Assembly (NCBI GenBank): GCA_963826115.1
Contig: CAWGVS010000002.1
Coordinates: 1-64,000, forward strand
Reading direction: 5' to 3'
DNA from: an uncultured Candidatus Rokubacteria bacterium
GTDB lineage: Bacteria; Methylomirabilota; Methylomirabilia; Rokubacteriales; DASRDR01
Length of the DNA: 64,000 nucleotides
Positions 60,075 to 64,000 of the stretch are shown piece by piece. Each line of letters opens with the position of its first letter. Position 1 is the stretch's first letter. The translations under genes were made by a program, and so were the position numbers. The notes under the pieces are model-generated. The model saw only the letters and a program-made list of their open reading frames with translations. It had not been told where the DNA came from and did no database searches.

Positions 60075-60116
60075 AAAAGAAAAACCCCTCGGTAAGTCCG
60101 CGACTTACCGAGGGGT
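60075..60116 (-). terminator. Intrinsic terminator downstream of the orphan tRNA 5' fragment
   Basis: Perfect 15-bp stem ACCCCTCGGTAAGTC/GACTTACCGAGGGGT followed by TTTTCTTTT on the minus strand. Confidence 0.8.
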
Positions 60117-60132
60117 GTCAATCTACCCGCCT

Positions 60133-60175
60133 GCTTGACAGGCCAGTGTGCTAACCAGGCTGCACCACGACCCCG
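60133..60175 (-). repeat. tRNA-Asp 5' fragment (att core)
   Basis: Identical to 47612-47654; covers the acceptor 5' strand, D arm and anticodon loop, lacks the T arm and CCA. Confidence 0.93.
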
Positions 60176-60181
60176 CATTGC

Positions 60182-60210
60182 AGATTAGCTACTTAGCGAG
60201 CATCGGTCAA
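60182..60210 (-). promoter_or_regulatory. Sigma70 promoter upstream of the tRNA fragment (probable native tRNA promoter)
   Basis: TTGACC-17 bp-TAATCT, 7 bp before the tRNA 5' end. Confidence 0.8.
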
Positions 60211-61018
60211 GGCCGAAGGGACGTCGAAAACAACGTCCGCTCTGCTCTTGATGCACACTGTCCTTTCGGCCAGCGATTTTCTCAACCGGCTCCGCAGAGG
60301 CGCCGGTGCAACTCTGGCTAGGGTGGATCGCCTACGCCAGCTCGGTGATGTAAAACGTGATCGCGATTCAAGGGTGGATTCGGGTCGCGCCCACTCCCGA
60401 CTTCCTGCTCGCAAGGGATCTGCAGAGTGGCCTGACGTCGTGGAGACGCCTACGCCTCGCGCACCTGTCCCCGGATCAGGACGGTCACAACCTACAGTGG
60501 TTGTGGCTCCAAACCGGATTCGAACCCGGCTTGAATCGCGATCACGCTTTCGCCAATGATCTCGTCACGTTGCAGGCGGTGCAGCCCGAGAAATGGTACG
60601 GGACTCAAACCTCAGCATGCTAGGAGGTCGGACAAAGTACGGGCAAACTCACACACGAACACCCTACATTCCAATGGTTTACTGGCGCTCCCGGCATCTG
60701 AAATCCCGGGCGCGGCGCTCAGACCAGGATTGGCCGCGCCCGCATGAATCAGCAGCCGCGACTGAAGGAGGCACGAGCCATGAGGGACATCCTGACCTGC
60801 ATCACCGCCATCGTCCCTGGGCGCATCGGGGCTGCCCATTCGCAGACTCCATCCTCAAAGACGCACACGACCGTCGGACACGCGCGCGTACCAGGAAGGT
60901 CGCTGGACAGCCATGCCCGAGACATCCCACCGTTTCGTGCGGTCCGCGGAGACGGGCTACCGTCTCACCATCCGAAAGCGGCACGGACTGGGCGGTTGGC
61001 TCGGAGTGTGACCCCAGC

Positions 61019-62650
61019 GTGAAGGCGTTCCGCGACGAGCTCATACCCGGGCTTCGGTTCGCACTCGCCCTGCCCAGATTCCTCCGATGCCCGGTAACCT
61101 CGGTGGAGGCGCGAGTGGAACTGGCCCGGCGCTTCAGAGACCGAGAGACGGTTTTCATTGAGACTGTGCGCACGACCATCTACGGGCGGCCCCGCAGCCC
61201 GTACAGGTGGCTCCTCGCCCAGGCCGGCTGCGAACCCGGAGACCTCGAGGGCCTCGTGCGTCAGGATGGCGTGGAGGGCGCTCTCAAGACGCTCTACCGC
61301 CAAGGCGTCTACCTGAGCGTCGAGGAGTTCAAAGGGCGACGCCCCGCAATAAGAGGAAGCGCGAGCCTAAAGGTCGCCCTCGGCGAGCTCCGGAATCCCC
61401 TCTCGAGCGCACAGATCGTCCGCTCGACCGGTGGCAGCGGCGGGTCCGCGGTCCCGGTGGCGGCCGATCTGGCCTTCATCCGCGACCGGGCCATCAACAC
61501 GGTGCTCAATCTCGAGGCCCGAGGGGGCCTCCGGTGGCGCCACGGCATTTGGACCGTCCCGGGCGGCAACAGCCTCGTCCCGCTCCTGCGCCTCGCCGCC
61601 GCTGGCGCGCGGCCGTCGGCGTGGTTCACCCTCGTGAACCAGGCCGCGCCGGGGCTCCACTGGCGATACCGCGCCAGTGGAGCGGTGCTCCGGCTCGCGG
61701 GCCGGCTCGCGGGCCGTCCAATCCCCGCCCCCATCCACGTTCCGCTTCAGCGGCCGCAACCCATTCTTCGTTGGATGGACGCGGTCCGGATCGCGGGGGG
61801 CGTACCGCACCTGTTCACCTTCGTCAGTTCAGCCACCCGGCTCTGCCAGGAGGCGCTGGCGACAGGCCAGGACCTGCGTGGTGTCCAGTTCTCCATCGCG
61901 GGCGAGCCCGTGACCACGGCGCGCCTGGCCACCATCCACCGCTCCGGCGCCGAGGCTCAGGCCAACTACGCGGCGTCCGAGGTTGGCGCGATCGGCGAAG
62001 GGTGCCTCCAGCCCACCACCCCCGACGACGTCCATCTGCTCCACGATCGGGTGACGATCGTTCAGCCTGGCGCCGACGCCGGGGCTGGCCTGCCACCCCG
62101 GGCCCTTCTCGTCTCGGCGCTGCGACCCTACGGGCCCCTCACGCTGCTGAACGTGTCCCTCGGCGACGAAGCCGACCTGGTCGACGGGCAGACGTGCTGT
62201 CCCCTGGCGGCGCTGGGCTGGACGAGCCGGCTTCGTCGAATCCGAAGCTTCGAAAAGGTCTCGGCAGGCGGTATGACGTTCCTGGACGTCGACATCACCC
62301 GCGTGTTGGAGCAGGTGCTGCCCGCCCGCTTCGGGGGCGGCCCCACCCACTACCAGTTGGTCGAAGAAGAGGATGCCAATGGAACCCCGCGGCTGACCCT
62401 GCTGGTCGATCCCGCCGTCGGCGCCGTGACGCCTGGCGAGGTAGTGGCCACGTTCCTGGCGGCGATCGGCCAGGGCGGCGGCGCCGAGCGAGTCATGGCC
62501 CTTGCGTGGCGAGACGCGGGGATCCTCCGGATCGAGCGTCGCCCCCCGCTCGCCACACCCTCCGGAAAGATCCTGCACCTGCACGTCGCTCGCGGAGCGT
62601 CAGGGCCCGCGACTCGGTCGGATCGGCCGCCGAGCCCGCGCATATCCTGA
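61019..62650 (+). CDS. Hypothetical protein, PaaK/adenylate-forming-like
   Basis: STGGSGG loop, AGEP, YAASE, LNVSLGD, YQLVEE, TPSGKI. Confidence 0.65.
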   Translation: MKAFRDELIPGLRFALALPRFLRCPVTSVEARVELARRFRDRETVFIETVRTTIYGRPRSPYRWLLAQAGCEPGDLEGLVRQDGVEGALKTLYRQGVYLSVEEFKGRRPAIRGSASLKVALGELRNPLSSAQIVRSTGGSGGSAVPVAADLAFIRDRAINTVLNLEARGGLRWRHGIWTVPGGNSLVPLLRLAAAGARPSAWFTLVNQAAPGLHWRYRASGAVLRLAGRLAGRPIPAPIHVPLQRPQPILRWMDAVRIAGGVPHLFTFVSSATRLCQEALATGQDLRGVQFSIAGEPVTTARLATIHRSGAEAQANYAASEVGAIGEGCLQPTTPDDVHLLHDRVTIVQPGADAGAGLPPRALLVSALRPYGPLTLLNVSLGDEADLVDGQTCCPLAALGWTSRLRRIRSFEKVSAGGMTFLDVDITRVLEQVLPARFGGGPTHYQLVEEEDANGTPRLTLLVDPAVGAVTPGEVVATFLAAIGQGGGAERVMALAWRDAGILRIERRPPLATPSGKILHLHVARGASGPATRSDRPPSPRIS

Positions 62651-62826
62651 ACGTCGTGTTCCTGACTTTTCTCGGAGGCGGAGCGTTCGGAAACGAAGAA
62701 GCCTGGATCCATGCGGCCATACGGCGTGCCTTGAAGATCATGGCGAACTTCGATCTCGACGTGAGGCTCGTCAGCTACGGCAAGCCGACACCAACGATGT
62801 TGCGGATAGTCGAGGACTTTCAGTGA
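62650..62826 (+). pseudogene. C-terminal gene fragment with a macrodomain/PARG-like GGGAFGN motif
   Basis: VFLTFLGGGAFGNEEAWIHAAIRRAL; no upstream body. Confidence 0.45.
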
Positions 62827-63118
62827 ATGTCCCACTCGCCCCATCCATGACGACTGGGTCTCCGGAGTGCGACCGCGACTTCTGTGCCCCTCGTTGCCCG
62901 GCGAGTGAGTGGGGCGTTCAACAGCCAGCGTCAGAACGTCAACGCGATGGCGATGGTCGTTCAGGTGGCGCCGGGCCGGGTTCTGTCGTACAGGGCATGC
63001 GGGACCTCTCCACATGCATGCTCGACGACGCGCCGTTCGAGCCGTTGTTTCACGCCCAAGCGAAGGTATTGGCGCAGGCGGCCCACCACGGGCCGCCTGC
63101 GCGAATCCCTTCGCGTGC

Positions 63119-64000
63119 TTACTTGCCCACTCCCGCCCGGGCCGCCTCGATCTTCGCCTTCACGGCGTCGAGGTTGAAGCTCGCGCCCTTCTGCATCGGC
63201 GGGAACTCGATGGCGGTCGTGGCAAGCTTCACGACCTCCTCCTGGACGAACACGAAGCGCCAGAACTCGTACTTGAACCAATCGAAGTACTGCTGCGCCC
63301 CCTCTCGAGTGCCGCTGTTCGGCCACCCGGTGCGCTCGAAGGGGTCCAGGCGCAGGTTCGTGATGTACGGGACGTCTGGCCGCGTCTTGTCACCCACCCA
63401 GCCGCCGGGCTGATCGATGAATCGGAACTTGTAGTCGCCGATCCGCACGGCGCCCAGCTCGCTCTCGCCGAAGTACCAGATCTCGTTCCGGTTCGACGGC
63501 CCCTTGCCGGTGATCATGGCCGTCTGGTCGTAGCCGTCCAGATGCACCTTGTAGGTCGTGCCCTCGAGCTGCTTGCCGGCCTTCAGCTCTGCCGCGATGT
63601 TCGGGTTGCCGGCGGCGGCCACCAGGGTCGGGAACCAGTCGAGCCCGGAGATGAGCCCGCTCTCGACCTTGCCCGCCGGCACTTTGCCCGGCCACCGGAT
63701 CATCGCCGGGACGCGGAAGCCCCCCTCCATGACCGTGCCCTTGCTCTGCGCGAACGGCGTCTGCCCGCCATCCGGCCAGGTGAAGACCTCGGTGCCGTTG
63801 TCGGTGGTGAAGATGACGATGGTGTTGTCGTCGACTCCCATGTCCTTCAGCTTCTGCATCACGATGCCGATGTCGTCGTCCATCTGCGCCATGCCGGCTT
63901 CGTGGATCGACCAGCCGTTCTTGGAATTGCGCATCGCCTGGTACTTCGGCGACAGGTGCGTGACGATGTGCATGCGGGTCGGGTTGAGCCACAGGAAGAA
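63119..64000 (-). CDS. Arylsulfatase, 3' part (5' end beyond window)
   Basis: NPTRMH, NTIVIFTTDNG, KGTVMEGGFRVP, DWFPT, HLDGY, NLRLDPFE. Confidence 0.93.
   Translation of the reverse strand, partial: FFLWLNPTRMHIVTHLSPKYQAMRNSKNGWSIHEAGMAQMDDDIGIVMQKLKDMGVDDNTIVIFTTDNGTEVFTWPDGGQTPFAQSKGTVMEGGFRVPAMIRWPGKVPAGKVESGLISGLDWFPTLVAAAGNPNIAAELKAGKQLEGTTYKVHLDGYDQTAMITGKGPSNRNEIWYFGESELGAVRIGDYKFRFIDQPGGWVGDKTRPDVPYITNLRLDPFERTGWPNSGTREGAQQYFDWFKYEFWRFVFVQEEVVKLATTAIEFPPMQKGASFNLDAVKAKIEAARAGVGK

Larger units (their letters stand above)
47612..60175. mobile_element. Integrase-less genomic island inserted in tRNA-Asp with duplication of the tRNA 5' half
   Basis: Identical 43-bp direct repeats at 47612-47654 and 60133-60175; CTATGCCC repeats near both ends; BrnTA cargo. 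Confidence 0.85.

Noticed and set aside
1-64000. CRISPR array or cas operon
   Set aside because: No regularly spaced repeat-spacer series seen by eye and no cas1/cas2/effector motifs.

Overview
High-GC bacterial window; a Candidatus Rokubacteria/Methylomirabilota-like origin is my inference from gene style only. Layout: (1) 1-2.5 kb, end of a phosphate-uptake operon (pstA, two pstB paralogs, phoU). (2) 2.5-16.6 kb, a patchwork of intact genes (GH13 amylase, ClpP-like, Spy/CpxP, 4Fe-4S/NrfD), abutting gene fragments and an IS481-like element. (3) ~16.9-47.6 kb, an integrated plasmid/ICE-like element. It carries a ParB-domain protein, parM/parC-like repeats/parR, ssb, radC, an SSAP-like gene, a DUF1257-DUF2997-AAA-DUF3150 module, UvrD plus a PD-(D/E)XK nuclease, xis and a tyrosine integrase, and it abuts the 3' end of tRNA-Asp. 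Between two copies of the integrase tail/att arm sits a cassette of SNF2 helicase, Mre11-like nuclease, Rad50/SMC-like ATPase and a J-domain protein, the best candidate here for an undescribed defence system. (4) 47.6-60.2 kb, an integrase-less island on the other side of the same tRNA-Asp. It duplicates the 5' half of the tRNA, supplies a new sigma70 promoter and carries a terminator behind the orphaned fragment; cargo is BrnTA, NDH-2, a sigma54 activator and stress/membrane genes. (5) 60.2-64 kb, a PaaK-like hypothetical and a partial arylsulfatase. Several single-base frameshifts may be sequencing errors. All family calls come from motif recognition, not database searches.
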